Source of the DNA: Blastocystis sp. Blastoise
Lineage: Eukaryota > Protista > Bigyra: Opalinata
Assembly (NCBI GenBank): GCA_039096225.1
Contig: JBBPEB010000013.1
Coordinates: 1,550,001 to 1,614,000 of the forward strand
Length of the DNA stretch: 64,000 nucleotides
Direction: 5' to 3'
Below, piece by piece: positions 1 to 14,300 of this stretch. The translations under genes and the position numbers were made by a program. The first letter of the stretch is position 1. Every line of letters begins with the position of its first letter. Under the pieces are notes generated by a model. That model was not told the DNA's origin. It saw nothing but the letters and a program-made list of their open reading frames with translations, and searched no databases.

Positions 1-1255
1 TGAAATATAAAGATTCCTCTAATTTACCACTATATACCCAAGGGAATCCACAGAGTTTAAATTATATTCCTATCAATTCAATGAATACTTTCAATAACTT
101 GACAAATACTATTTCTCAAAGAATAAAGTCCAAAGAATTCACTGATATCAATAATAAAGATACAAGCATATATATATATATATATATATTTACCTAATTT
201 ATATTATTAATTAATATATTATTTTTATTTATATATATATATGTAAACAAATAATTCATTATCAATTGATTTCTTTAGATATATATTCTCAGAATACACC
301 CCCAAAACAAAAGTCTTCATATATACAACAGAATGAATCTCCTTTGAATGTACGTCATCTCCTTCTTCATACTTCAGAAACAAAAGATTATTCGAATTAT
401 ATAAATAATCCACTTGATACTTCATCAACACAGAATATCTCTATTAAATCTATAACGAATAATAATAAAGACAATAATGTTAATGATAAACAAAATAATG
501 TTAATAATATAAATTCAAATTATATTACATCTTTACAAGGTACAAATAGAACAATTACAAATAGTAAAACAAATAAAAACATGAATGAAACTAACTTCTT
601 TATGTCTCCAAAAGGATATGTTGATCTGAGAAGTACTGTTGAAAGAGGTATATATTATATTAAACATAATATTTCTATTTCTTCTAATTATAAACAATCA
701 TTCTATTTATTATTATTATTATTTTTTTAATCTTTCTCTATTTATTAATAGAATATTATATAATAAATATATTTTCTTCTTCTAGTTCTATCTCAGCCAT
801 TCGATATAGTTCCTTCTTTATCTCGACCTCCTAAACATCATTCTCTTCGATTACTTCCTAAGGAAGATAGTGATGAAGAATATCAATTACATTCTAAATC
901 AACAGGACATAAAGCGTTGTATATTCTTATTTATATATATATAAAGAAAATTCTTTCTTTCTTTCTTCTATAAAATATATATTATATTTATATACTTTTT
1001 TTCTATATATATATATATATATATATTAGTTCTATGTTTAAACGTGATGGAACAGTATTGAAATGGTGTCATCAATGTAAAGCACGTAAACGTGATGTAA
1101 TTGACTGCAAGAATTGTGGTAAAAACCGACATGGATCAGGTAATAGGTATCTTATATATTTATTATATATTTATTTAACTATTATCTATCTTTTATATTT
1201 GAATACTTTTATATATAATAAATAAAATAATAAATAAATATAAACTAATTTATGT

Positions 1256-1332
<77 letters not shown>

Positions 1333-1860
1333 TATTTAGATGTGTCCGATCTTATTGTCGTAAATGTCTATATAAACATTATAACTTAGTATATTATATA
1401 TAGATTTTTTATCTTATTTTTTCTAAACTAACTTTATAGAATATTGATGAGTTGAGAAAACTAAAAGATGGCTGGTTATGTCCTGGATGTCAAGATAAAT
1501 GCAGGTATATATATATATATATATTTATTTATTTATTTATTTAAAACTTATATGAATATCTCATATTATATATATATATTATTTATTTAAAACTTATATG
1601 AATATCTCATATTATATATATATATTATTTATTTAAAACTTATATGAATATCTCATATTATATATATTTATTATTACTTAGTTGTGCTGCTTGTATTCGA
1701 AAAAGATATAAAGATCCAAGAGATATCCCAGAAGAAATGCAACAGAAACGAAATTCAAGATTCTTTTCTACAAATAAAAAACTATTACAACAAGTATATT
1801 ATTATTATTATTCAATCAATCTATTTATTTTAGTTAGATAATAATGTGCAAGCTACTTAA
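1..1860 (+). CDS. zf-4CXXC_R1 (CDCA7/R1-type) zinc-finger protein; 5' end at or before the window edge; about 8 exons
   Basis: Exons 3-165, 279-647, 786-918, 1030-1146, 1340-1388, 1440-1504, ~1682-1793 and a short last exon splice in phase. The product contains WCHQCKARKRDVIDCKNC...RCVRSYCRKCLYKHY...WLCPGCQDKCSCAACIR, the CXXC spacing of zf-4CXXC_R1. The last acceptor is uncertain (stop at 1860 or 1876). Confidence 0.75.
1258..1328. repeat. (TA)n microsatellite in an intron
   Basis: About 35 uninterrupted TA units. Confidence 0.95.
1535..1670. repeat. ~43-bp intronic tandem repeat, 3 copies
   Basis: TTTATTTAAAACTTATATGAATATCTCATATTATATATAT occurs three times. Confidence 0.9.
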
Positions 1861-2112
1861 TATTCATAAAAAATAATTATTTTGTTTTCTTTTTCTTTTC
1901 ATTTAAAAGCTTATTTATTTATAATAAGAATTATAAAAATTTTAAAAAAACTAACAAAACAAAAGAAATAAATGAAAATATTTTTAAAGTACTCTAAAAA
2001 TGATAATAAAACCCAAGAATAATATAATACAATGCAATAGAAAAAGGCGAAAAACGAAAATGAATAGAAAACATTTATATTTTAAAAATAAATAGAACTA
2101 TATCAAAAAGGA

Positions 2113-4119
2113 TTAATCAACTTCTTCAATATGAGGACCATCATCAGGAGTACTAGAAGCACCAGCATTAGGAGCAGAAGCACCCATATTAGGCATACCT
2201 CCCATACCTCCCATACCTCCCATACCAGGCATAGGACCAGAAGCACCAGAAGCACCAGGAGCACCTTGAGCACCACCAGCTAATTTAGAGAAAATAGGCA
2301 TAATTTCTTTTTCAAGAGCTTTTTGTTTTTCTTCATATTCTTCTTTTTCAGCAGCAGGATGATCATCAAGCCAAGCATTAGCATCATCAATAATCTTTTC
2401 AATCTTCTTCTTATCTTCTTCAGGAATCTTACCTTGAAGAGAAGGTTCATTTAAACTATTACGTACAGAGAAAATATAATTTTCAACTCCATTCTTAGCT
2501 TCAATACGAGATTTATTAGCTTCATCTTCAGCTTTGAATTTCTCAGCTTCTTGAACCATTCTTTCAATTTCATCAGCAGATAATCTACCCTTATCATTCT
2601 TAATAGTAATCTTATTTTCTTTATTAGTACTCTTTTCAACAGCAGTAACATTAAGAATACCATTAGCATCAATATCGAAAGTAACTTCAATTTGAGGAAC
2701 ACCACGAGGCATAGGTGGAATACCATCTAAATGGAATTTACCAAGTAAATTATTATCTTTAGTCATAGATCGTTCACCTTCAAATACTTGAATTAAAACA
2801 CCAGGTTGATTATCAGCATAAGTAGAGAATATCTGACTCTTTTTAGTAGGAATAGTAGTATTACGAGGAATAAGAGGAGTCATAACACCACCAGCAGTTT
2901 CAATACCAAGAGAAAGAGGAGCAACATCAAGAAGTAATAATTCATCAAGTTTTGAACCAGCACCAGAACCAGAAAGAATAGCAGCTTGAACAGTAGCACC
3001 ATAAGCAACAGCTTCATCAGGATTAATTGATTGACAAAGTTCTTTACCATTAAAGAATTCCTTTAACATTTGTTGTACTTTAGGAATACGAGAAGAACCA
3101 CCAACTAAAACAACTTCATCAACTTCACTCTTTGATAACTTTGAATCACGAAGAACTTTCTCTACAGGACCCATAGTCTTACGGAAATAATCCATATTTA
3201 ATTCTTCAAAACGAGCACGAGTAATTTGAGAATTAAAATCAATACCTTCAAAAAGAGAATCAATTTCTATATAAGCTTGAGTACTAGAAGAAAGAGTTCT
3301 CTTAGCACGTTCACAACTAGTTCTTAAACGACGAAGAGCACGTTGATTAGATGAAATATCTTTATTATTCTTTCTTTGGAATTCACGTACAAAATATTCA
3401 ACTAATCTATTATCAAAATCTTCACCACCTAAGTGAGTATCACCAGCAGTAGCTTTAACTTCAAAAATACCATCTTCAATAGATAATAAAGATACATCAA
3501 AGGTACCACCACCAAGATCAAAAATAAGAATATTCTTTTCACCTTCTTTCTTATCTAAACCATAAGCAATAGCAGCAGCAGTAGGTTCATTTATAATACG
3601 CATAACATTAAGACCAGCAATAGCTCCAGCATCTTTTGTAGCTTGTCTTTGAGAATCATTGAAATAAGCAGGAACAGTAACGACAGCATTCTTTACTTCC
3701 TTACCAATATAAGCTTCAGCAATTTGTTTCATCTTTGTTAAAACCATAGAAGAAATCTCTTCAGCAGAAAAAGTCTTCTTTTCACCTTTATAAGTAACTT
3801 CAATAGTAGGCTTACCATCAGCACCAGAATAAAGCTTAAAAGGCCAATGTTTCATATCAGATTGAACTGAAGGATCATCAAATTTACGACCAATAAGACG
3901 CTTAGCATCAAAAACTGTATTTTCAGGATTCATAGCAACTTGATTCTTAGCAGCATCACCAATTAAACGCTCTGTATCAGTAAAAGCTACATAAGAAGGA
4001 GTAGTTCTTTGACCTTGATCGTTAGCAATAATCTCTACACGCTCATTTTGCCAAACACCAACGCAAGAATAAGTAGTACCTAAATCGATACCCACAGATT
4101 CACCAGTAACCTTGCTCAT
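2113..4119 (-). CDS. HSP70: Cytosolic Hsp70, intronless, 668 aa
   Basis: [21 protein letters not shown] and [12 protein letters not shown] signatures; GGM repeats; C-terminal EEVD. Confidence 0.99.
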   Translation of the reverse strand: MSKVTGESVGIDLGTTYSCVGVWQNERVEIIANDQGQRTTPSYVAFTDTERLIGDAAKNQVAMNPENTVFDAKRLIGRKFDDPSVQSDMKHWPFKLYSGADGKPTIEVTYKGEKKTFSAEEISSMVLTKMKQIAEAYIGKEVKNAVVTVPAYFNDSQRQATKDAGAIAGLNVMRIINEPTAAAIAYGLDKKEGEKNILIFDLGGGTFDVSLLSIEDGIFEVKATAGDTHLGGEDFDNRLVEYFVREFQRKNNKDISSNQRALRRLRTSCERAKRTLSSSTQAYIEIDSLFEGIDFNSQITRARFEELNMDYFRKTMGPVEKVLRDSKLSKSEVDEVVLVGGSSRIPKVQQMLKEFFNGKELCQSINPDEAVAYGATVQAAILSGSGAGSKLDELLLLDVAPLSLGIETAGGVMTPLIPRNTTIPTKKSQIFSTYADNQPGVLIQVFEGERSMTKDNNLLGKFHLDGIPPMPRGVPQIEVTFDIDANGILNVTAVEKSTNKENKITIKNDKGRLSADEIERMVQEAEKFKAEDEANKSRIEAKNGVENYIFSVRNSLNEPSLQGKIPEEDKKKIEKIIDDANAWLDDHPAAEKEEYEEKQKALEKEIMPIFSKLAGGAQGAPGASGASGPMPGMGGMGGMGGMPNMGASAPNAGASSTPDDGPHIEEVD

Positions 4120-4240
4120 TTATTATATTTATTTATAAATCAACTATTTTTTTGTTAGCTTTAATAGCTATTTATTATTATTATTTTTTAATATTAAATA
4201 ATTTATGACTTATTTCTTCAACTCATTCTTTTTTATCCTA

Positions 4241-4250
4241 TTTCTAGAAT
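4241..4250. promoter_or_regulatory. Possible heat-shock element (TTCtaGAA) upstream of Hsp70
   Basis: Two-unit nTTCnnGAAn about 125 bp upstream of the ATG; a further TCtaGAA at ~4362. Short motif in AT-rich DNA. Confidence 0.35.
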
Positions 4251-4926
4251 GGAATAGAAATTTTTCTTTATTTCCTTATAATAGAAAAAAAAATATTCCT
4301 CCCACAATTATTATCTATTTATCACCATCCTTTTTCTTTTATTCGTGAATAGAAACAAAAATCTAGAAGTATTTGGATTTTTCTTGAATGATTAACAGAA
4401 TCTCACAACTTTTCGTCATTCTTCTTCATAAGAACAAATACGAAGTTAATTCTTCCGTTTTTTTTAATTGTTTTTATTTTTAATATATAGTTTCTAAATT
4501 AAACACGTTGTTATTGACAAACAGCATGATGTAAAGTTCATTTAATAAAAATATTGAATAATTTGTGTTTTAATAAACAATTGCTTTCATTCATTATATC
4601 CAGAAATCTTCAAATAATGTTGAATATCTCGTATAAATTGTTTTTGTTATTTGGTTATTCAATTTATTTTTAAGAAATTATTTAATTATTTCAAATTATT
4701 CAAAATGAACACTTTTATATAATTAATAAATGTATAAATTAAATGTAAATTCTAGTAATAAAAAAATGAGGCATTTAAAAATACATTTTTGTTATTTGAA
4801 CGTCAATATATACATAAATATATTAACAAAACAAATAAATTAATTTTTAATAAATAAAGTACTAATAAATTGAAGAAAAAGAAATTCTTAAAATCTATAT
4901 GACTCACAAAAAAAAAATTATAACAT

Positions 4927-6913
4927 TTAATAAGAAGGTTCGACAAGTAAACCAATTCTAGATATTTCAGGAACATAATTATTCCAAGTAGAATCAATTG
5001 TAAGACGAACACCTGTAGCGGTAACAGGAGATGAAATCTTAACCATCTTCTTTAAACCTATAGAACAGAGTATATTAATATATTATATTTTAATATATAA
5101 ATAAATAAATATAAATAAATATTTAAATAAATATATTAATAAATAAATTAATAAATAAAATAAATATAAATATATAAATATAAATATATAAATGCTTACC
5201 AATAGTAGTACCAGAAGCAACAGTTTTCCATTGTCCATCGATTAAAGCATCAAAATGGAATTTGGCAACAGTTTGACCATGACGAATATATTCTTCAGCA
5301 AGAACAACATCAAAAGTAGCAGGTTCATCAAAGTAAATACTAGCATATTCAGCGGATTCGAAAGTTTCGACAGCAGGTTTCCAATAATACATCTTATCTC
5401 CATTAACAAGAGAAGAAGCAGGATGTTCAGCAGCAGCAGAAGAAGCATCAAAGTGAGTAGATAAAAGAGCATAATCAACACCATTAAGAGCATCAATATA
5501 TTGACCAAACTCACGAAGTCTAGTCTTATCTCTTTCATCTATAAGACCTTCCTTAGTAGGAGGAACATTAAGTTGAAGAGTATAACCATAAGCAATAGAT
5601 TTCCAATAGATATTAACAAGATCCTTAAGATATCTAGGTTCTTCTTGTAAATGCCAGAACCAACCTCCACGAATAGATACATCAAGAATAGAAGGCATAA
5701 AAACCTATAATATTATAATATATTTATAATGTTAATTCTATTAATAAGTATGTAAACAATAGCAAATAAATAATAATATACATATTCTTCACCAGGTCTA
5801 GGGAATAAAGTCTTAGGTTTCTTATTAAGCCAATATTCTTCTTTACCCTATTTAAACAACATAGGGTAAAATAATGAAATAATAATAGTATATATATTTT
5901 ATAAAAATAATATTCATTAGATATAAGTTACAAAATAATAATATATATTATAATAATATATACAAGGCCTGATTCAGTACCACCCCAATCAGCATCAGGA
6001 CCAGTAATTGTACCCATACACTTTTCATTATACTTCTTTGTAAGGCCATAGAATGTATCCCAATCATATAACTATACATATATTATATATATATTATATA
6101 TATTAATTATATATAAATCAGTCATTCCTTCTTGAGCATTAGCACCATCCCACCACATCTATATATATATATGTTTAAAAAAATATAAATAATTACAAAA
6201 AAAATATTTATAATTAATTATTAAAAAATAAATATATATAATAAACAAAAACAAAAAAACAAATATATATACTTCATAAACAGGACTATAATTTTGAAGT
6301 AAATATTCTAAAGTTTTAGCATAAAAAGCATTATATTTAGGATCCCAAGTCATATTATATTGATTTCTATCCCAAGGAGATAAATAAAAAGCAGGCTTCA
6401 TATGTTCCTTTCTACAGGCATTTACAAATTCACGAAGAACATCACCCTTACCGTTCTTCCAATCAGAAGAAGCAACAGAATGATTCGTATAAGGATTAGG
6501 ATACATAAAGAAACCATCATGGTGCTTAGCTACAAGAATAATTTCTTGAGTATGAAGTGGCTTATAAGCATCAATCCACTATAAAAATATATATATTTAA
6601 TAATTATTAATTAGAAATCTAAAAAAAACTGCATGAAAGAAGAAATAGCAATAATAATTATATACATCAGAGGCATTGAGATTAGTAGGAGCAAAAACTT
6701 TAGGATCTTCATTACCAAGACCCCATTCTCTATCAGTATAAGTGTTGACACCATAATGAAGGAAACCAATAATACCACTCTCTAACCATTCAATTTGACC
6801 TTCAGTAGGTTGAGGAAGAGGAGGTCTCTCAGCAATAACAAGTGCAATTACTATAGGCTATTAAGTATATTTTCTAAAATCATCATACCAAATAAAATAA
6901 GAACAGCTTTCAT
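4927..6913 (-). CDS. Secreted alpha-L-fucosidase (GH29) with C-terminal F5/8 (CBM32-like) domain; 8 exons
   Basis: Spliced product: signal peptide MKAVLILFVIALVIA, then FLHYGVNTYTDREWG, LVAKHHDGF, FYLSPWDRN, MWWDGAN (nucleophile Asp), GPDADWGGTESG, DVSIRGGWFWH, LNVPPTKEG, SGTTIGLK. Intron 4 has a non-GT donor (see findings). Confidence 0.93.
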
Positions 6914-8399
6914 TGTAATAAAAACGAAATAAAAATTACACAAAATGTAATTCTATTTTTCTTTAGGTTTAAGACGATATATCCGTAGATCTTAGCAGAT
7001 TCTTCATATGTTTCGAAAAATATGTATATAAAAACTACAGCTCCATCGTACCGGATGACGTATCTGGAATTAATGGATATTAAAAAGATAATCGATTTGT
7101 AATTCTTTTCCAGAAAAATCAGATTTTTATGGGTCGTTTTTCTCTAATTAACAAGGTGACGCATTTATGTCAAACACAAATATATAATTACAAATTGTTT
7201 CTCATCTTTCGAGAACCGTGTTTCTTATGTTCTTTTTGTTGTGTTTATATTCGGTTTTATATTGTGTTTTTCAATTCTAATGTTTATAAGAATTATTTGT
7301 AGAATGAAAAAAAACTATATGTTTCGGCAAAATGAAAATTTTTTCTTTATGAAGACACATTATTTGCTTCATTTTTCTATCAGTCTAGTTATTTGTTAAT
7401 TCTTATCAATAAATATGTTTCTATGCATTATTAATAATAAATACACACATTTTTGTGCTTATTTTATGATTAAAATCATATCTTAATAAGGATACCTCAC
7501 TTATTGGATACTAGAAACCTATTTCTCGTATGATAATAATGAGGTTAACATAAAATGAAAAGTATTTTGTAACAATAAACAGTCAGATAGTGCATGTTGA
7601 TTGTCAATAACACTCAAAAATAACTCAAACTATTTTATATAGCATATATATTCTTCAACGATATCCTTTAATAGGTTGATATATTTTAAACAGGGTTTTA
7701 TAAAAAACAAATTGAGAATATTATATTAAAGATGTTTTAAATTACATTATATTATTTAAACGAATAATATAGAATAGTAGCGATTCCATTAACATATATA
7801 TGCATTATCAATTACACATGAATTGCCATTCTTTTCTAATTAAAAAGATTGTTCTATGGATAAATTCATTTTATTTCATTCAATAGGATCAATAGGATCA
7901 TAATAATAAAAATATTATTCACTAACATTAAAAATAATTATTTTTGTTATTAGTCAAATAATATTATTTTTTATTAATAACGACAATATAAAGAGTCAAC
8001 TATATAATTATGTGAATATTTTATAAACAAAAAAAAATCTATTACAAATTAATTATTTTTATTATTATAGCATTCATAATGTCATTTCTACTCTATTTTT
8101 ATATAAACAAAACTATATCATTTATCTAGACAATTTAACTTTATATAAAAAAAAATATATAACATATATACATTTCAAAAATCAAATATAAATAATTTCA
8201 ACACTTATAAATAATAGGATCATCATATGAAAAAATAAATATATGAATAATAAAAAGTATATATGTCATAATTTTACGAACAATAGTTTTAAAAATATAT
8301 ATATATATATATAATTATATTAAAAAAAGGAGTTAAATAAAATAAAAAATATATGTATAAAATATAAAATTTATATATAAATAAAATATACTATAGCAT

Positions 8400-11300
8400 T
8401 TAATTATCTTCACCTGATAAAGTGACTTCAACTTGAGAGTCATTGACAGGGAAACTTCCTACAATAGTATCATCAGAAACTTGACAACTATTAGTATTTT
8501 GTTTCATAACATAAACAGTATTAGCATTCTTAGTACCATAACCCTTAAGAGAATAAGATTTAGGAACATTCTTAATTTGAATAGTATGAGAACCATCAGA
8601 AGAAGGAGCTAATTCATTGACTTGAGTAGAAGATAATTGAATATAATTAATATTATAATATTTATCAGTACCTGTGAATTTCCAGCAAATAGACCAAGTA
8701 TTTTGAGATCCAGATTCTAAAGTAAATGTATCTACATAAGTAGATTCAGTTTCTTTAGTAATAGATCGAATACTTTGTTCAGAAGTAAACCCTTGAGCAT
8801 CACTAGCATCATCAGCACAAATAGGAGAATTATTATTATTATTATCTATCCATTTATAAGTATCCGTTTCTCCAATAAAAGTAGATTCAAAACGAATCAT
8901 CTTAGGAGTATTTAAAACAGCAAAGAATGATTTCTTATCATCACTATTAATAGTAATTTCTATAAATTTATATTCAGTAGAAAGTTGAATCCATTCTTCA
9001 GAATTAAATTTATAGCACATATGAATAGTTTCAGTAAGATCATTAATATGATTGAAAGTAAATATAATTTCTTTAATACTACTAACAGAAATAGTAGAAT
9101 CCATACCAAGAGGTTCATCATTACAAGTACCTGATGTCTTTACAAACTTAACACTATCCTTAGAAGTTATACCATGGCCAGCAACAGTATAAGTATATTG
9201 AGTTTCAGCAAAGAACATATTATTATTATTAAATGAATTAGTCATAGAAGATATATAATAAACAGAAAGAGTATTAATACGAATAATCTTATTGATATTA
9301 ACAAATTTATAACACATAGCAACAGAATTATAAGGTAATATAGATTGAATATTAAGAGTAGCTTTATTATTATTAACAATAGCACTAGTACCTTCTAATT
9401 CAACACATTCACTATTAGGATTTGATAAGAAAACAACATCATTATTATTAATATTCATACCAGTAAAAGTATATTCTTTAGGTTGATTAATAACAATAGT
9501 ATTAATAGAACCATGAGGAACAGACATAGTATTAATAGTATATATATCAAATACAAAATTAGTTTGAGGGTGATATACACTTTCATGGAAATTATAACAA
9601 ATCATATATTTAGATGATATAACATTAGATGATATAGTAAATATAGACATAGCTAAATCATTATTAACAATAGTAAGAGATAATATATCAGAATTATCAC
9701 TAAAGATAAGACCATTTGTACAATCAGATTGAGAATTATAAGGAACAATCTTAATAGTATCAGTAGCAGAAAGACCATAACCTTGAATATATAATGTATA
9801 AGATTGATTAATAAGTAATGATTTATCTTCAGAACCTACTTGATTTATGGAAACAGAAGAAATAGAACCAATAAATAAAACAAGATTATTATTAATTTCA
9901 CTAAGATCTATCCATTTTTCATTAGTAAATTGATAGCATACTCTATATTTAAGAACAGATTCAGATAAAACAAAAGTAAATTCATTATTAATAACATTTT
10001 GTTTAATATAAGTATCATCTTCTACAGTATCATCACAAGTACTAGTATAAGGTATATAATAAATCTTATCAGTAGATTGTATACCATAACCAGAAATTGT
10101 AGCTGTTACTTGTTCATTAGGTAAATAAACACTAGGATTAATAGAAGTAATATCATAAATACTTATTAAAGGCTGAGTTAATCCAAACCAAACTTCATTA
10201 TGTAATATACATATCTTAGCATATTCATTATTAATATTTTCTTTAAATGTAAATTCAATATATAAAAGATCATCAATAATTTGCATAGGAACAATAGAAG
10301 ATTGACTATTCATTAAACCAATAGGATTACTTTCACAAGAATCTGTAGATCTTACAAATTTAATATAACTATTAGAATAATCACCAACAACATTAAAACC
10401 AATACGTTTAACTAAACCAACAACAGCTGTATTAATATTACCATAACCATCTAAAGCAATAGCTTCAATATTATCAACAGACATAGTAAATTGAGTATAT
10501 TTCATCCATTTTTGTTCACTAAATTTATAACAAAGATAAGAATCACTAGCAGTAGTAAAAGTAATAGAAATAGAACTATAAGTAATAAAAGCACTAGCTA
10601 ATATTTGATCTTCAGTAGCAGTATCACATTCAGCACCTAAACGAATATACATAACACGATCACCAGAACGAATACCAGAACCAGAGAAAGAAATAACTTT
10701 AGGAACATTTAATATAGCATTAGAATTACCAGTAGTAGAAGTAACCTTATCTATAGTAGCAGCTAACATATAGATATTATCATATTTCTTCATAACATTT
10801 TCAGTAGCATAATAATAACAAAGATAATAATTATCATTATTAGTAGAACGAGTAAAATGAGCTTTAACTAATAAATTATCATCAAGAGTAAATATAGGAT
10901 AAATAGTAGAAGTAACTTCACAATTAGTATGTAAAGGAACATAAGATATTTGATCACCTCCAGAAAGACCAACAGATGAAGAGAAATCTAAGAAATTATC
11001 TTCACCAACAATACTAATTGTACTACTAGTAGCACTACGAGGTAAATTAACAGAAGAAACAGTTAATTGAATATTTTCATAATAAGTAGGAGTATAGGTA
11101 GTAAGAGTATTATCATAGAAATAATAACACATATAATAAGTAGATTGAGGTCTAGATGAAGAATAAGAGAAAGCATAACCTTTAGAAGTCTTATAAATAT
11201 CTAATTTAGAAATAGATGAATCATTACTACATTCATTAATATCACTAACAAATGAAACCTTATCACTTACAGAACAACCTGTACAAACAAGATTAAATTC

Positions 11301-14300
11301 TTTTTCAGTATTAGCAACAATTATAGTATTTGAACCAGTACTAGCAGTTATACCTTTAATACCAACAAGAGATATAGTCATACTAGGATAAGCATAGAAA
11401 GATTCAGTATTAAATTGATAACATAAGAATAATTCCATAGAATTCTTAGTACTACTCTTCTTATCTAAAGTATATATAGTCCAATCATAATTAACAGCAG
11501 TATATATAGTCATATCTTCATCACAAGATTCATAAACAAATTTAAATTTATTAATACCAGTAGAATTAGGATATTCAGTTGTATCAATCTTAATATTCTT
11601 AGAAGAATTAATACTAACAACATTATTACCATCTTGGAATTCAATACTATTAACAGAAGCAACAGCAATTTGAACTTCAGGATAATGTCTATAAATACCA
11701 CCTACATATCTATAACATAATGATAAATTCATTCCAGCATATTCTTTAGCAATAATAACATTAAATTGATTTATACCAGAAGTCTTACTACTAACAATAA
11801 TAGTAGATAAATCATTATTACAAGAAAGTGTATCAGGTATCCAATAAAGTTCATCTAATACATTCCAACCATTAACTTCTACAGTAAATAATTTACTTTG
11901 TTCAGCAATAACAATAGAATCAGAAGTAGTACTATCACTAGCATGAATATTAACAAAACTCTTTACATATCCATAAACAGCAGAAGCTTCAGTAACAACA
12001 GGAGTACCATAATAATAATATTTATCTTCAATACCATATTTAATACAGAATACATATTTATTAGAAGTACTAGTAGATTTAAAGAGTATAGTCTTCATAC
12101 GATCACAAGTATTAATATTAGTATTAGCATCTATATGACAACTAGTTTCATCACCAACTAATTCAATAGGATTATTTTCTATAGTAGCAGGATTAGAACA
12201 AGTATAATCACCTTCAGTAGTTAATAATAAAGTAATTGAAGTATCATAACCAACAGAAGCCTTTATATTAATATTAGAATTACTAATAATATTATCATGT
12301 CCAATAATAGAAGATAAACCATATACAGATATAGTAGCAGGAGTTGTACTATCTTTTACTAAAATAGAATGAAGAGGAATTATATCTTCATTTCTACATT
12401 TATAAGAAACAAAGACTTGACCACCTACATAAGTTCTAGGAACACTTAATGATACTTTATTAGAAAGAATAGAATATCCTATACACCAAGTAGATTCTTC
12501 ACAATTTACAGAAGTACTTAAATAGATTTCATCATTATCTATAATAGATTGACCTTCTAATGTATATACTTTAGCAATATCTCCTATAATAATATTAGTA
12601 TTACCTTCTTCAGCAGCAAAACTAGTAATAGAATGAATCATAGGAATCATAGAAGAAATAATAGAAGTCTTTTCAATATTATTATATTTAGCAGTTAAAC
12701 ACATATGATAAGAATCAACATTATTAAATTGAATAGTACCCTTATTATTGGTAAGAGGAACAAGAATAGAATTATCATTACTAGAACAATCTAAAGAAGT
12801 AGTAAATAATAAAGATATAGTTTCAATAGGATAAGATTCTGATGATATAATAGAAAGTTCAATAGGTTTTGATTGATAAATAATATAATCATTAGTCATA
12901 TGTTTCATTGTTTCTTCACTATTTATACCATAAACAGACATAGTAATAAGAGTTTCAGGTAATAAATAATATTGTTCAGGAATAAAAGCATAACAAACAC
13001 GAAGAGGAGTAGTATGAACAGTATTAAATATAGCATGCATTTGATTATTATTATCAACAACTAAAGTAGATTCCATACCAAATGGTTCTTCATCACAATT
13101 ATCTATAACAAATTTTACATGTTGACCTTCTTCAATAGATTGACTATTAAATGTTATTGTTTTTTCTACAAAAGTAGAAGCAGTAAAACAATCAGAATCA
13201 CTACAATTAATAGATTCAATATCAGAAATAATAAGATGTTGAGAAGTAAATTCATAAATTTCTTTATATTGAGAGAAATAATAACATAAATTAAAGTCAT
13301 ATCCTTTATTAATATCAAATGTATAAGTATTAGTAGCCATAACAATAGTATAATCATCAATTATTACATCACTACATTGTTGAGATTTAGAAACAAAAGT
13401 AAATTTATCATAATTATATATAGTATTAGGAGAAGCAACAATAGTAAGAGTAACTTGTTCATTATTCATTACATAAGAAGGATTATTATTAATAATAGCA
13501 GATAATAATACACGTTGAGATTTCATACCAAAATCATAAAGTTTAGTAGTATTACTATAAATATAACAAGGTCTAACAATACCATTAGAACTAGGTTGAG
13601 TAAAAGTAATAACAGCTTCTTTATTAATAACACTAGTAGGAGCATAAATAATATCAGAAGCACAAGAAGAAGTACTTGGAACAAAATATACTATATCATT
13701 TTCTTCACTTTGACCAAATGTAAGAGTATAAGATTTTTCAGCAACAAAATAATCTGGTAAACCACTAATAGAAATACTAAATACATTAAATGTTGCTAAG
13801 AAAATTTGAGTTTCTTTAGGAGTATAACCATTAGTAAATTGATAACATAAAGAAATAGAAGTTTCAGAACCAGGATATTGAATAACAATAGTATCTAAAT
13901 TCATAGGATGATATTGTTGAATAGCAGTAGTAGAACAATCAGTACCTTTAACTAAATAAGCAATATCATGAGTAGATAAACCATAACCAGAAACAGTTAT
14001 ATATTTATCACTATTTAATATAAGTTCATCAGCAACACCACTAATTTCATCAACTTGAATACTAACAATATCAATATATATATTACTATAACCAATAGTA
14101 TAAGTATTACGATAATTATAACAAACATAATAACGACCTATAGTAGATACCATAACATCAACATATTTATTATCAACAATAGTAAAAGGAAGAAGATTTC
14201 TACAAGAAGTAGTAGTAGATAATGATAATGAATCACTATTATCTAAATAATCACCATTAATTTCAAATCTCTTAGTATCTTCAACATATATAATATTATT

